A stretch of 64,000 bases of DNA from Actinomycetes bacterium (GTDB lineage: Bacteria; Actinomycetota; Acidimicrobiia; Acidimicrobiales; Microtrichaceae). The position numbers and the translations under genes are program-made. Positions 37,726 through 47,313 of this stretch are shown here, piece after piece (the stretch's first letter is position 1; each line of letters opens with the position of its first letter). The stretch spans positions 31,691 to 95,690 of the forward strand of contig JAAEPF010000033.1 of assembly GCA_024222295.1 (NCBI GenBank), read 5' to 3'. The notes under the pieces are model-generated. The model was not told the DNA's origin and ran no database searches. It saw only the letters and a list, made by a program, of their open reading frames with translations.

Positions 37726-39852
37726 TCAGACCGTCAAACCGGGCGCAGGCGGGCCGAGGAGACGGCCCTGGCCGAACTCGATTCCCATCTGCTTCACGAC
37801 CTCGAGCTCCTCGGCGGTCTCGATGCCTTCTGCCAGCACGACTGCGTCGATCGCCGAACCAATGGCGCGGGCCGCTTCCAGGAACGCGATGCCGGATTCG
37901 TCGCCGCGCCCCGCGCGCTGGGTGAATGCCGAGTCGACCTTCAGCAGGTCCGGGTTGAGCCCGGCGAGGGCCTCCACGTTCGCGAAGCCCGAACCGAAGT
38001 CATCCAGCGCTATGGCGGCACCGGCCGCCCGCATGCAGCGCAGGTGCTCCACCGCGCCCGGGTGATCGGTGAGCATCACGCCCTCGGTGACCTCGATGGT
38101 CAGGTTCGGCAGGAAGCTCGATAGCTCTCCCTCGCACAGCGAGGCCGAGACGTCGGGGTCGGACAGCTCCGGCACCGACAGGTTCACCGCCACCCTGAAT
38201 CCCGCGGGAAGGGGCTCTGCCTCTTGCAGGTCCCGGGTGAGCAAGTCGAGCACGACGCGTCCCAGTTGGCGGATCTGGCCGTTTGTCTCGGCCATGGGCA
38301 CGAAGTCGCCGGCCGCGACGACCTCTCCGCTGCGGATCCAGCGCAACAGGGCCTCCGATCCGATGTGCTCGCCCGAACCCAGGTTGCTGAGCGGTTGGTA
38401 GTGGAGCTCGAAGGTGTCCTCCCGGATGGCCCTCGCAAGGCGTTGGCGGTCGGTCGCAAGTGCCTGGGCACGTTCGGCCATCGGCTGGTCGAATGTCGCG
38501 AGGCAGTCGCCGCCCTCGCGCTTCGCCTCGTACATCGCGAGGTCCGCCCGGTGCAGCAGGTTGTCGGCGTCGTCGTCGTCATCAGGGAAGTGGACGATGC
38601 CGATGGAGGCGGTCAGCAGGGGCGACGCCTCATCCAGCATCACCGGCTCCCGGAGGGCATCGAGTGCCCGCCGGGCGATGGTGTCGGCGTCGCCCGGGTC
38701 GCCCAGGTCCGCGACCAGCATGCCGAACTCGTCTCCAGCAAGCCGGGCGACCGTGTCGTTGGGCCGCGCCGCTAGCCTCAGCCTGGTTGCGACGGTGCGC
38801 AGCGCCTCGTCGCCCTTGGCATGGCCGAGCTGGTCGTTGAGTGCCTTGAAGCCATCGAGATCAACCCAGAGCAGCGCCCCCTTGCGGCCGAGGGCCTTGG
38901 CCCGCTCGACCTCGTGCTCCAGCCGAGCCAGCAGTCCGGACCTACTGGTGAGGCCGGTCAGCATGTCCTCGTCGGCGACCCTGCGGGCCGTGCGCTCCAC
39001 GCGACCCAGCTGGCTGAGCATCATGTAGGGCATCAGCAACACCGACAGCAGGCAGAGTAACTCTGCGACCAGCCACGCGAGGGAGTACTCACTGGGGCCG
39101 CCCAGGTAGACCATCGACGAAGCCAGCGTCAGGGAGGCCACGCCGATCATCCATCCGGCGACGATGCTGTAGCGCGCTGTGCCGAGCGCCAGCACCGCGA
39201 CGAGTGCTGCGATCGCTGCGCAGGTGCAAGTCCCCCAGGCCCACCACCAGGCGTCGGTTGGCATGCCGTCTGCGTCGAGCAGGACCGGCAGGTTGTCGCC
39301 GAGCCCCAGGATCAAGGCGCCCGCCACAACGAGTACGAGGGCCGAGCTGCCCACCGAGGCCGCGACGTGGGTGCCGCGGCCCGGGCGGCGGTATGAGCGG
39401 GCGTCGTACCACATGATGCCCGCAGTGCCGCAGACCCCAACGGGCAGGATGGTTTGCAGGAAGAACGTCGTCCACGGTGCTGCCTGGGGAGTGCCGATCA
39501 GCTGCTCCCCGGCGATCAGGCCTCCATCTGTCACCAACAGCAGCCCACCGGCTGCCCATCCGACTGCCATGAACGTGCTGGCCAGGGCGAGGTACGCACG
39601 GTTGCGCGACGAGGCCGCGTGGGAATAGACGAGGTAGGCCGTCGACAACCCGGCGCTCAGCTTGAGCACCACGATGGCGGTCTCGAGTGGGGTTGCGTCT
39701 CCGAGATCGGCGTCGCCGAAGAAGAGACCGAGACCGACCAGCACGATGATGACGATCGAGCCGACGATCCAGCTTGCGGAGTCCGATGTGCCGGCGCGGC
39801 GCCGGGCGTCCAGGGCCACTATGGACGTGGAGGCCATCCCTCTCCGGAGCAT
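37726..39852 (-). CDS. Membrane-anchored GGDEF-EAL protein (c-di-GMP turnover)
   Basis: About 8 N-terminal TM segments. The GGDEF domain carries AGDEF and an I-site RPND five residues upstream. The EAL domain has EALLRW, DDFGSG, KVD and AEGIET. Start is 39852 or ATG 39837. Confidence 0.85.
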   Translation of the reverse strand: MLRRGMASTSIVALDARRRAGTSDSASWIVGSIVIIVLVGLGLFFGDADLGDATPLETAIVVLKLSAGLSTAYLVYSHAASSRNRAYLALASTFMAVGWAAGGLLLVTDGGLIAGEQLIGTPQAAPWTTFFLQTILPVGVCGTAGIMWYDARSYRRPGRGTHVAASVGSSALVLVVAGALILGLGDNLPVLLDADGMPTDAWWWAWGTCTCAAIAALVAVLALGTARYSIVAGWMIGVASLTLASSMVYLGGPSEYSLAWLVAELLCLLSVLLMPYMMLSQLGRVERTARRVADEDMLTGLTSRSGLLARLEHEVERAKALGRKGALLWVDLDGFKALNDQLGHAKGDEALRTVATRLRLAARPNDTVARLAGDEFGMLVADLGDPGDADTIARRALDALREPVMLDEASPLLTASIGIVHFPDDDDDADNLLHRADLAMYEAKREGGDCLATFDQPMAERAQALATDRQRLARAIREDTFELHYQPLSNLGSGEHIGSEALLRWIRSGEVVAAGDFVPMAETNGQIRQLGRVVLDLLTRDLQEAEPLPAGFRVAVNLSVPELSDPDVSASLCEGELSSFLPNLTIEVTEGVMLTDHPGAVEHLRCMRAAGAAIALDDFGSGFANVEALAGLNPDLLKVDSAFTQRAGRGDESGIAFLEAARAIGSAIDAVVLAEGIETAEELEVVKQMGIEFGQGRLLGPPAPGLTV

Positions 39853-40027
39853 GGTTCGAAGCTACCCCGCTATGCCCTCCGCCACACTTCCGATCGTGTC
39901 CGATGAGCCGACTTCGGCGCTGCCCACCCCCGCCCGGCGTCGGCCTGCACCAGGCGGGACTGGACTAGGTTGCGCTCAGCCAGGAGGGCCGGATTCCGGG
40001 CCTCAGCCAACCCAGTGGAGTCTCAAG

Positions 40028-41239
40028 ATGCCCGTTCGTCGCGCCGCCTTCCTGACCGCCGGCGGCCTCGCCCCTTGCCTGTCAGCTGCGGTGGGGGGCC
40101 TGATCGAGAGGTACACGCAGGCAGCGCCCGAGGTCGAGCTGATCGGATACCTGGACGGCTACGCAGGGTTGCTGGGAGGCGACTACGTCACCGTCACACC
40201 CGAGGTTCGTTCGCGGGCCCACCTGCTGGCCGGATTCGGTGGCAGCCCGATCGGCAACAGCAGGGTCAAGCTCAGCAACGTCGAGGACTGCGTCCGTCGC
40301 GGTCTCGTGAAGGAGGGCGAGGACCCCCTGCGCGTCGCCGCGGAGCAGCTGGTCGGCGACGGAGTCGACGTGCTCCATACGATCGGTGGCGATGACACCA
40401 GCCTGGTGGCGGCGAACCTCGCCGCCTACCTGCGCGACAACGACGCGGAGCTGACGGTTGTCGGGTTGCCCAAGACCATCGACAACGACATCGTGCCTGT
40501 GGCGCAGACGCTGGGCGCCTGGACGGCTGCCGAGCAGGGGGCGTTGTTCGCCCGGAACATCCTTGCCGAACACTCGTCCAACCCGCGGATGCTCATCGTG
40601 CATGAGGTGATGGGCCGGGGCTGCGGTTGGCTCACTGCTGCGACAGCGCGTGAGTACCGCAAGTGGCTCGTCTCGCAGGAGTTCGCCGGCTTCGTCGACG
40701 GCCCCGCGAAGTGGGACGTCCACGCGGTGTACATCCCGGAGCTCGAGGTCGACCTGGAGGCCGAGGCCGAGCGCCTGCGGGGCGTCATGGACGAACTCGG
40801 CTGCGTCAACATCTTCCTGTCCGAGGGCGCGGGGGTCGATTCGATCGTCGCCCGCATGACCGAGGCGGGTGAGGCTCCGGCGAGGGATGCCTTCGGCCAC
40901 GTCAAGCTCGACACGATCAACCCCGGTGCGTGGTATGCGGACCAGTTCGCCAAGCGGACGGGTGCCGAGAAGAAGATGATCCAAAAGAGCGGGTACTTCA
41001 GTCGATCGGCTGCACCCAACCAGGCCGACCTGGAGCTGATCGGTCGTTGTGCCGATCTTGCGGTGAAAGCAGCACTGAGGGGCGAGAGCGGTCTGGTCGG
41101 CGTCGATGCAGAGGCCGGCGAAGAGCTCTCCGTCATCGACTTCGCCCGGGTCGCCGGCGGGGGTTCCTTTGCCCCGGACACCGACTGGTTCCAGGAGATG
41201 CTCCACTCGATCGGCCAGCCGCTCGGCCGGCCTGTCTGA
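40028..41239 (+). CDS. pfp: Pyrophosphate-dependent 6-phosphofructokinase
   Basis: GGDDT (Asp instead of the Gly of ATP-PFK GGDGS) and PKTIDND (Lys instead of Gly) are the known PPi-specificity determinants. ATG 40028. Confidence 0.8.
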   Translation: MPVRRAAFLTAGGLAPCLSAAVGGLIERYTQAAPEVELIGYLDGYAGLLGGDYVTVTPEVRSRAHLLAGFGGSPIGNSRVKLSNVEDCVRRGLVKEGEDPLRVAAEQLVGDGVDVLHTIGGDDTSLVAANLAAYLRDNDAELTVVGLPKTIDNDIVPVAQTLGAWTAAEQGALFARNILAEHSSNPRMLIVHEVMGRGCGWLTAATAREYRKWLVSQEFAGFVDGPAKWDVHAVYIPELEVDLEAEAERLRGVMDELGCVNIFLSEGAGVDSIVARMTEAGEAPARDAFGHVKLDTINPGAWYADQFAKRTGAEKKMIQKSGYFSRSAAPNQADLELIGRCADLAVKAALRGESGLVGVDAEAGEELSVIDFARVAGGGSFAPDTDWFQEMLHSIGQPLGRPV

Positions 41240-41255
41240 TCCGGTGCGGGTGAGC

Positions 41256-42467
41256 TCAGTCGGTCCGCCCGACTGGGTACTCACGGCCCATCGGAGTGAG
41301 GCCGTGCAGGGCCAGCACCGGTAGCGCCACGAGGGAACCGACCACGAGCGTGGGCCCGGTGCCGAGCCGTTCGAGCATGACCGCGAACACCAGAGGTCCG
41401 GTGGCCTGCCCGAGCCTCACCGCCGCGACCCAGGCCGCCAGTACGACGCCCCGCTGCGCGTCTGGTGCCCGCGCAGCCGTCGTCTCCTGCAGCGAGGGCA
41501 CCGTCGCTCCCTCGGCGGCCCCGTAGACGAGCAGGCCGACGACGACCCCCGCAACGGTGGCCGCGAGCCCGACGCCGAGCAACGACAGGCCGAACAGCAC
41601 GGCCCCCGCGACGAGCAGTACGCGCAGACCGAGCAGCTCGCGAAGGCGGGCGAGATTGAGCGCGATCAGGGTGGAGCTGATCGATGGCACGGCGAGCAGC
41701 GCTCCGCGCGGTGCGGCGCCGAGGCCGAACTCCTCGGCGAGGTGCACCGGCAGTGTTGTGAGGAACAGGCCGAAGATCATCACGAAGATGAGGAAGCCCG
41801 AAAGGATCGTGGCCGCCATGACCGGTGTGCGAAGGGTTCGTCCCGCGGCTCGGAGCTGCTGGGTCAGTGACATCCCCGCATGTGGTGGCCGGACGTCGTC
41901 GAGGAGGCGCCAAGCAGCCCAGGCGGTCACCAGGCTGAGCCCGGACGGAGCGAGCGACATGCGCCACCCTGCGATCGCGCCGAGTACGCCGGACAGGAGC
42001 GGGAGCAGTGCCAATCCGGCGGTCAGTACCGCCGCGTTGCGGCCGACCTGTCGGACTCGCTCGGTGCCATCCCAGTGGTCGCCGATCAGCACGACAGCGA
42101 GATTGATCAGGCCGGCTGTGCCGAAGCCCATCAGGAAGCGTGCGGTCACGAGGAACCAGTAGGTGGGGGCAAGTGCCGCTGCGATGCCCATCGTGCCGAA
42201 GATGGCGAGGCACGTCACCAGTACTCCTCGCCGGCCGAGGCGGTCGGCGAGCACTCCGATCACCGGCGCAGCCAGCACCCCGGGGAGCGACGCGGCCGCG
42301 ACCAACGGGCCGGCGGCGGCATCCGAGCGGCCGAAGTCCGCCACGATGTCGGGCAGCACGGGCGAGATGAGGGTGTTCGCTGTGATTCCTGTGAGCGTGG
42401 TGGCCCAGATCAGCAGCGGGGACGGCCTGCGACCTGGCCATGCGACCGTGTCGGGGGCAGGCGCCAT
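41256..42467 (-). CDS. MFS transporter (12-TMS)
   Basis: GVLADRLGRRGVL motif and 12 predicted TM segments. ATG 42467 is preferred over the long ORF start at 42761. Confidence 0.75.
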   Translation of the reverse strand: MAPAPDTVAWPGRRPSPLLIWATTLTGITANTLISPVLPDIVADFGRSDAAAGPLVAAASLPGVLAAPVIGVLADRLGRRGVLVTCLAIFGTMGIAAALAPTYWFLVTARFLMGFGTAGLINLAVVLIGDHWDGTERVRQVGRNAAVLTAGLALLPLLSGVLGAIAGWRMSLAPSGLSLVTAWAAWRLLDDVRPPHAGMSLTQQLRAAGRTLRTPVMAATILSGFLIFVMIFGLFLTTLPVHLAEEFGLGAAPRGALLAVPSISSTLIALNLARLRELLGLRVLLVAGAVLFGLSLLGVGLAATVAGVVVGLLVYGAAEGATVPSLQETTAARAPDAQRGVVLAAWVAAVRLGQATGPLVFAVMLERLGTGPTLVVGSLVALPVLALHGLTPMGREYPVGRTD

Positions 42468-42540
42468 GACCGGCAAAGCTACAGCGCGCCAGGGCAGGCG
42501 CCGAGGTAGGTTTGTCCAGGGCGAAACGACTGGAGCGACC

Positions 42541-43737
42541 GTGGGCGACGCGAACGAGGCCACCGACGAGAGGGTCAGAATCGACAGGCGCGGATTGTTC
42601 CGTTGGGCCGGCGCAGCCGGAATGCTCGGCGTTGCGGGAGCCGTCACGTCGTGTGTTGCTCCGTGGAACGGCTCCGGTGTGACCCTTCCGGGCGTGGCCG
42701 GCGCCGTCGAGCTGCCCGCAGGGTTCACCGTTCGCACCATCGCGCTGGGTGGGGTGCCCATCGACTCGAACGGCTACTCGATGCCGGGGTTCCCCGATGG
42801 AGCCGCCACCTTCGCCGACCCTGCCGTTGCCGGTGGGTGGTACCTGGTGGTCAATCACGAACTACCCGCCGATGGCGGAGTGTCGTCGTTTCGCTTCGCC
42901 CCCGACGGCACCTTGCTGGGTGCCAGTCGCATCCTGTCGGGAACCACGCTCAACTGTGCTGGTGGGCCGACTCCGTGGGGCACCTGGCTCAGCTGTGAGG
43001 AGTACGACTGGGGTCGGGTGTGGGAGTGCGACCCCACCGGATCGGCTCCGCCGGCGGTCCGCCCGGCGATGGGCTCGTTCGCCCACGAGGCGGCAGCGGT
43101 GGCCGGCGACGGCCGCGTGTACATGACCGAGGACCGCGGAGATGGAGGCTTCTACCGGTTCACGCCGTCCGCTGCGGGCGACCTCACAGCCGGTCTGCTC
43201 GAGGTGGCGACCGGCACCGCTCCGGGTCCGGTGGCCTGGGTGGAGGTCCCGGATCCGACCGGCCTGCCCACGCTCACGCGCGACCAGGTTCCGTCCACCA
43301 TGACCTTCGACGGCGGGGAGGGCATCGACACCCTCGGCGATAAGGTCTGGTTCACCACCAAGGGCGATGACCGCGTGTGGGAGTACTCGGTCGCCGGATC
43401 CGCGGTCTCACTGCGCTACCAGGGCGGCGGCGCCTCCATGCTCGCCGATGTCGACAATCTCTGGGTCGACGACCCCTCCGCGACGCTTCTCGTGGCCGAG
43501 GACGGCGACGACATGCAGGTGGTCGCCATCCGACCCGACAACTCGCTGTTCCAGGTGGTCCGGGTGGTGGGCCAGGAAGGCAGCGAGATCGCGGGGCCCT
43601 GCTTCAGTCCCGACGGCCAGCGGCTCTACTTCAGCTCCCAGCGCGCGCAGGTGGGCGCCGTCGGCTCGGTGGGTCTGCCCCTGGGGGCGACCTACGAGGT
43701 GAGCGGCCCATTCGACACGCTGCTCTCGCGGCCCTGA
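42541..43737 (+). CDS. PhoX-like (DUF839) Tat-exported phosphatase-family protein
   Basis: Twin-arginine DRRGLFRWAGAAG. GTTLNCAGGPTPWGTWLSCEE and FSPDGQRLYFSSQ are PhoX/DUF839 blocks. GTG 42541 lies 5 nt after GGAG (42532-42535). Confidence 0.75.
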   Translation: MGDANEATDERVRIDRRGLFRWAGAAGMLGVAGAVTSCVAPWNGSGVTLPGVAGAVELPAGFTVRTIALGGVPIDSNGYSMPGFPDGAATFADPAVAGGWYLVVNHELPADGGVSSFRFAPDGTLLGASRILSGTTLNCAGGPTPWGTWLSCEEYDWGRVWECDPTGSAPPAVRPAMGSFAHEAAAVAGDGRVYMTEDRGDGGFYRFTPSAAGDLTAGLLEVATGTAPGPVAWVEVPDPTGLPTLTRDQVPSTMTFDGGEGIDTLGDKVWFTTKGDDRVWEYSVAGSAVSLRYQGGGASMLADVDNLWVDDPSATLLVAEDGDDMQVVAIRPDNSLFQVVRVVGQEGSEIAGPCFSPDGQRLYFSSQRAQVGAVGSVGLPLGATYEVSGPFDTLLSRP

Positions 43738-44597
43738 GCCGGCTCCGAACACCCTGAGCCGGGTGGGGACCACAGCATCGGACTCCCGGTGTCGGGGTCG
43801 CTGCCACGCAGGTACTGCTTGTACCAGAGCGGGTCGGCAAGGTCGGCCGGGCCATGCCCGGTTGCCGCGAGCATCCCGACCGCCGTCAGGGAGCTGAAGG
43901 CGAACGAGACGGACCAGCTCACGAGACGGCCCCAGGTGCCGGGCCGCAGCATCCGGCCGCGTCCAGCGAGAAGGGTGAGCGTCCCAAGGATCGTCAGGGG
44001 TCCGACCACGGCCAGCGCGAGTAGTCCACCGCCGAGGCGTCCGGCTCGTGATCCGCCGCTGGCGACGTGTACGTCGTGCACCACTGACTTGTGCTCGACC
44101 TCCTCGGCGAGGTGCCAGAGGAACATCGAGGCCGTTGCGGGCTCGGCTCCAACGAACAGCGTGGCCATGCGGGGCTCGACCCATCGGGCCACCGAGTAGG
44201 CCACGGCCTCGAATCCCACGGTGAAGGCGAGCCGCAGCCGCAGACGTCTCCGCTTGAGGAACCCGGTGATGTGGCCGATGAGGCGGTCCACCCGAGCCAG
44301 GGCGGGGGAGTTCTCGAGCAGGGCATCGTTGTAGCGTCGGTGCGCCCGCTGGTGCGCGGCCTCCTGGCGAATCCAGTCGGCTGCAGTACCTGGCACCTGC
44401 GAGTGGGGGTCGAGTCCCGTGGTCGCCTCGCGGACGGTGGCGATGGCCAGCGGCTCCAGGTGCGGCATGAGGAGCGACAGCGCGTCGGCCACGGCACCGA
44501 AGTCGGCCGACGCGCTGCTCCACCTGCAGCGGGTGTCGCCGGTCGGTGACGGCGTCGGCGGGCGACGGACAGTGATGCTGTTTTCCGCTGTACCCAT
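43692..44597 (-). CDS. Predicted metal-dependent hydrolase family protein (PF10118-like)
   Basis: QEAAHQRAHRRYN...FLWHLAEEVEHKSVVHDV histidine/glutamate-rich helices. ATG 44597. The 3' end overlaps the PhoX-like gene by 46 nt. Confidence 0.55.
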   Translation of the reverse strand: MGTAENSITVRRPPTPSPTGDTRCRWSSASADFGAVADALSLLMPHLEPLAIATVREATTGLDPHSQVPGTAADWIRQEAAHQRAHRRYNDALLENSPALARVDRLIGHITGFLKRRRLRLRLAFTVGFEAVAYSVARWVEPRMATLFVGAEPATASMFLWHLAEEVEHKSVVHDVHVASGGSRAGRLGGGLLALAVVGPLTILGTLTLLAGRGRMLRPGTWGRLVSWSVSFAFSSLTAVGMLAATGHGPADLADPLWYKQYLRGSDPDTGSPMLWSPPGSGCSEPAQGRESSVSNGPLTS

Positions 44598-44719
44598 GGG
44601 GTGCTCCACGCTACCGACACCACACCTCGAATCGGCGGGGTACGAGTTGAGGGCCCTGTCGATGATGGACGCTGCACCCGATGTGTTCAGCATGCTTCAC
44701 ATCCAGTAGCCTGCTTCCC

Positions 44720-45763
44720 ATGGCATCAAGGCGGGCAACCCTCCCATTGCGAACGACGGCGCTCGTGGCGCTCATGGCGGCCACCGCCCTTGCCGCCGCC
44801 GCTTGCGGCGGCGACGAAGAATCCGGCACCGAAGGCGACATCACCCTCTACACCGGTCGCAACACGTCGCTGATCGAGCCGCTGATCGAGCAGTTCACGC
44901 TCGACACCGGAATCGAGGTCGACGTGCGCCCGGGCGGGAGCTCGGAGTTGGCAAGCCAGATCCTGACCGAGGGCGACGCCTCACCGGCCGACGTGTTTCT
45001 CTCACAGGATGCCGGAGCACTCGGCGCCGTTGCCAAGGCCGGCCTCCTGGCGGATCTACCCGCAGCCGTGGTGCAGGCTGTGCCCGAGGCCTACCGCGCC
45101 GCCGACGGCACCTGGGTGGGCACATCCGGCCGGGCACGCACGATCATCTACAACCCCGAACTGGTGCCCGACCCGCCCACGGGAATCGACGGGCTGCTCG
45201 ACCCGGCCTATGCGGGCACGATCGGCTTCGCCCCGGCGAATGCCTCGTTCCAGGCTTTCGTGACCGGGCTGCGCCTCGTGCGCGGTGAAGACGGGGCACG
45301 GGAGTGGCTCGAAGCGTTCGCGGCGCAGGAGCCCGTGGCATTCGAGAACAACATCGCGGTGCGCGATGCGGTCGACGCCGGTGAGGTGTCGCTCGGGCTT
45401 GTCAACCACTACTACCTCTACGAGCTGATCGACGAGGTCGGCGAGCAGAACGTGACTGCCCGCAACCAGTTCATCGGTGGCGGCGACCCCGGTGGCCTCG
45501 TCAACGTGGCCGGGGTAGGCGTGCTGGCCTCGAGTGAGAGCAGCGAGGACGCCAATGCGTTCGTCGAGTACCTGGTCGGCCCGCAGGGCCAGAACTACTT
45601 CGCGACGGCGACCTTCGAGTATCCCCTCGCCTCCGGGGTGGTCTCCTCAGCCGAGCTGCCGGCGCTCGAGACACTCGAGCCGCCGATCGTGGACCTTGCC
45701 GACCTCGACTCACTGGCGCAGACCCAGGAGCTGTTGGCGGAGACAGGTCTGCTGACGAAGTGA
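44720..45763 (+). CDS. Fe(III) ABC transporter substrate-binding lipoprotein (FbpA/AfuA-like)
   Basis: Lipobox ALAAAACGG. ITLYTGRNTSLIEPLIEQF and DVFLSQDAGALG. The genes downstream are of the FbpB/FbpC type. Confidence 0.8.
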   Translation: MASRRATLPLRTTALVALMAATALAAAACGGDEESGTEGDITLYTGRNTSLIEPLIEQFTLDTGIEVDVRPGGSSELASQILTEGDASPADVFLSQDAGALGAVAKAGLLADLPAAVVQAVPEAYRAADGTWVGTSGRARTIIYNPELVPDPPTGIDGLLDPAYAGTIGFAPANASFQAFVTGLRLVRGEDGAREWLEAFAAQEPVAFENNIAVRDAVDAGEVSLGLVNHYYLYELIDEVGEQNVTARNQFIGGGDPGGLVNVAGVGVLASSESSEDANAFVEYLVGPQGQNYFATATFEYPLASGVVSSAELPALETLEPPIVDLADLDSLAQTQELLAETGLLTK

Positions 45764-47313
45764 CCGCTCTGGCGTCGGTCGTCCGACCCACCGCTGGTCG
45801 CGCCAGGGCGCCCCTTTCGCTCGTCATTCCCGCTGCCGCAGCCGCTGCAGTGGCCCTGTTGCCGCTCTGGTACCTGTTTGCCCGGGCGCTCGAGCAGGGA
45901 TTCGCCAGGGTCTGGGAAGAGGTCTGGTCGGCGCAGACAGCAGGCCTGCTCTTTCGCAGCCTGGGCCTCACGGCTGCCGTCACGGCTCTGTGCCTGTTGG
46001 TCGGCATGGCGTGTGCCCTGCTCGTCGTGCGCAGCGACGTCCCGGGCCGCCGCACATTCGAGGTGCTGCTCGCGATTCCACTGGCGATTCCCTCGTTCGT
46101 GGCTGCGTTCGCGTGGGTGTCGTGGCGGCCCTCGATCGGCGGGTTCTGGGGGGCCACACTCGTACTCACGCTCGTGTCGTATCCCTTCGTGTACCTGCCG
46201 GTGGTCGCCGCCCTGCGCCGGCTGGACCCGGCCCAGGAGGAGGTGGCGCGGTCGTTGGGCCACTCGAGCGCCCGCACCGTGCTGACCGTCACGATTCCCC
46301 AGGTCCGCGGCGCCGCGGCGGCAGGTGCACTGCTGGTGGCTCTCTATGCCCTGTCAGACTTCGGAGCCGTCGGAACCATGCGCTACGAAGCGTTCACATG
46401 GGTGATCTACGGCGCTTTCCGGGCCGGCTTCGACCCATCCCGGGCAGCCGTGCTGGCCTGCATCCTGGTGGTGGTCGCACTCGCGTTCGTCTGGGCGGAG
46501 GCGGTCGTGCGAGGCCGGCCGGCGAACGCCCGGATCGGCGGCGGCTCACCGCGGCCGCAGACGCCGATCCGCCTCGGCGCCTGGCGCTGGGTGGCCGCCC
46601 TGGTGCCGGCAGGCGTGCTCGCGCTCGCAGTTGTCTTTCCCGCCGGCAGCGTCGTGTTCTGGTTCCGCCGGGGGCTCTCCGCGGGTATCGAGTGGTCCTC
46701 GCTGTTCGAGGCGCTCGGTTCCACACTCGCCGTCGCGGGCCTCGGGGCGTTGGTCACGATGCTGCTCGCAGTGCCGCTCGGCATCCTTTCGGCGCGGTAC
46801 CACGGCCGTGGTGCCCAGCTGCTGGAGCGCTCGGTCTACATCGCACACGGGCTTCCGGGGATCGTGGTGGCGCTGAGCCTCGTGTTCGTGGGCGTGACGG
46901 TGTTGCGACCCCTCTACCAGAGCACTCCGATGCTGGCGCTCGCCTACGCCGTGCTGTTCCTGCCCCTCGCGGTGGGGTCGGTCCGCGCATCGGTGGAGCA
47001 GTCGCCGGTTGCGCTCGAGGAGGTCGGCCACAGCCTCGGCCGCGGCCGCTTCGGGGTTCTGACGCGCATCACACTGCCCCTCGCGGCGCCCGGTATTGCT
47101 GCCGGCACGGCTCTGGTGCTGCTTGCGGCCATGAAGGAGCTGCCGGCCACGTTGCTGTTGCATCCGACCGGCATGGAGACCCTTGCCATGAGCGTCTGGT
47201 CCGACACCGGGGTGGGCCGCTACGCCGCGGCTGCCCCCGCAGCCCTGGCCCTGATCGTGTTGTCGACCATCCCGACCTGGATCCTCACGCGGGCGTCACG
47301 GAGGATCGGATGA
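45760..47313 (+). CDS. Fe(III) ABC transporter permease (fused two-domain, FbpB-like)
   Basis: 517 aa with two BPD-transporter cores (EVARSLGHS..., EEVGHSLGRG...). GTG overlaps the upstream stop. Confidence 0.82.
   Translation: MTALASVVRPTAGRARAPLSLVIPAAAAAAVALLPLWYLFARALEQGFARVWEEVWSAQTAGLLFRSLGLTAAVTALCLLVGMACALLVVRSDVPGRRTFEVLLAIPLAIPSFVAAFAWVSWRPSIGGFWGATLVLTLVSYPFVYLPVVAALRRLDPAQEEVARSLGHSSARTVLTVTIPQVRGAAAAGALLVALYALSDFGAVGTMRYEAFTWVIYGAFRAGFDPSRAAVLACILVVVALAFVWAEAVVRGRPANARIGGGSPRPQTPIRLGAWRWVAALVPAGVLALAVVFPAGSVVFWFRRGLSAGIEWSSLFEALGSTLAVAGLGALVTMLLAVPLGILSARYHGRGAQLLERSVYIAHGLPGIVVALSLVFVGVTVLRPLYQSTPMLALAYAVLFLPLAVGSVRASVEQSPVALEEVGHSLGRGRFGVLTRITLPLAAPGIAAGTALVLLAAMKELPATLLLHPTGMETLAMSVWSDTGVGRYAAAAPAALALIVLSTIPTWILTRASRRIG

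Noticed and set aside
42465-42468. Divergent ATG codons of the MFS gene (42467, minus) and the longest PhoX-like ORF version (42466, plus) overlapping each other.
   Set aside because: An in-frame GTG at 42541 with a GGAG 5 nt upstream gives a normal-length Tat signal and a 73-bp divergent promoter region. The overlapping-start model is unnecessary.
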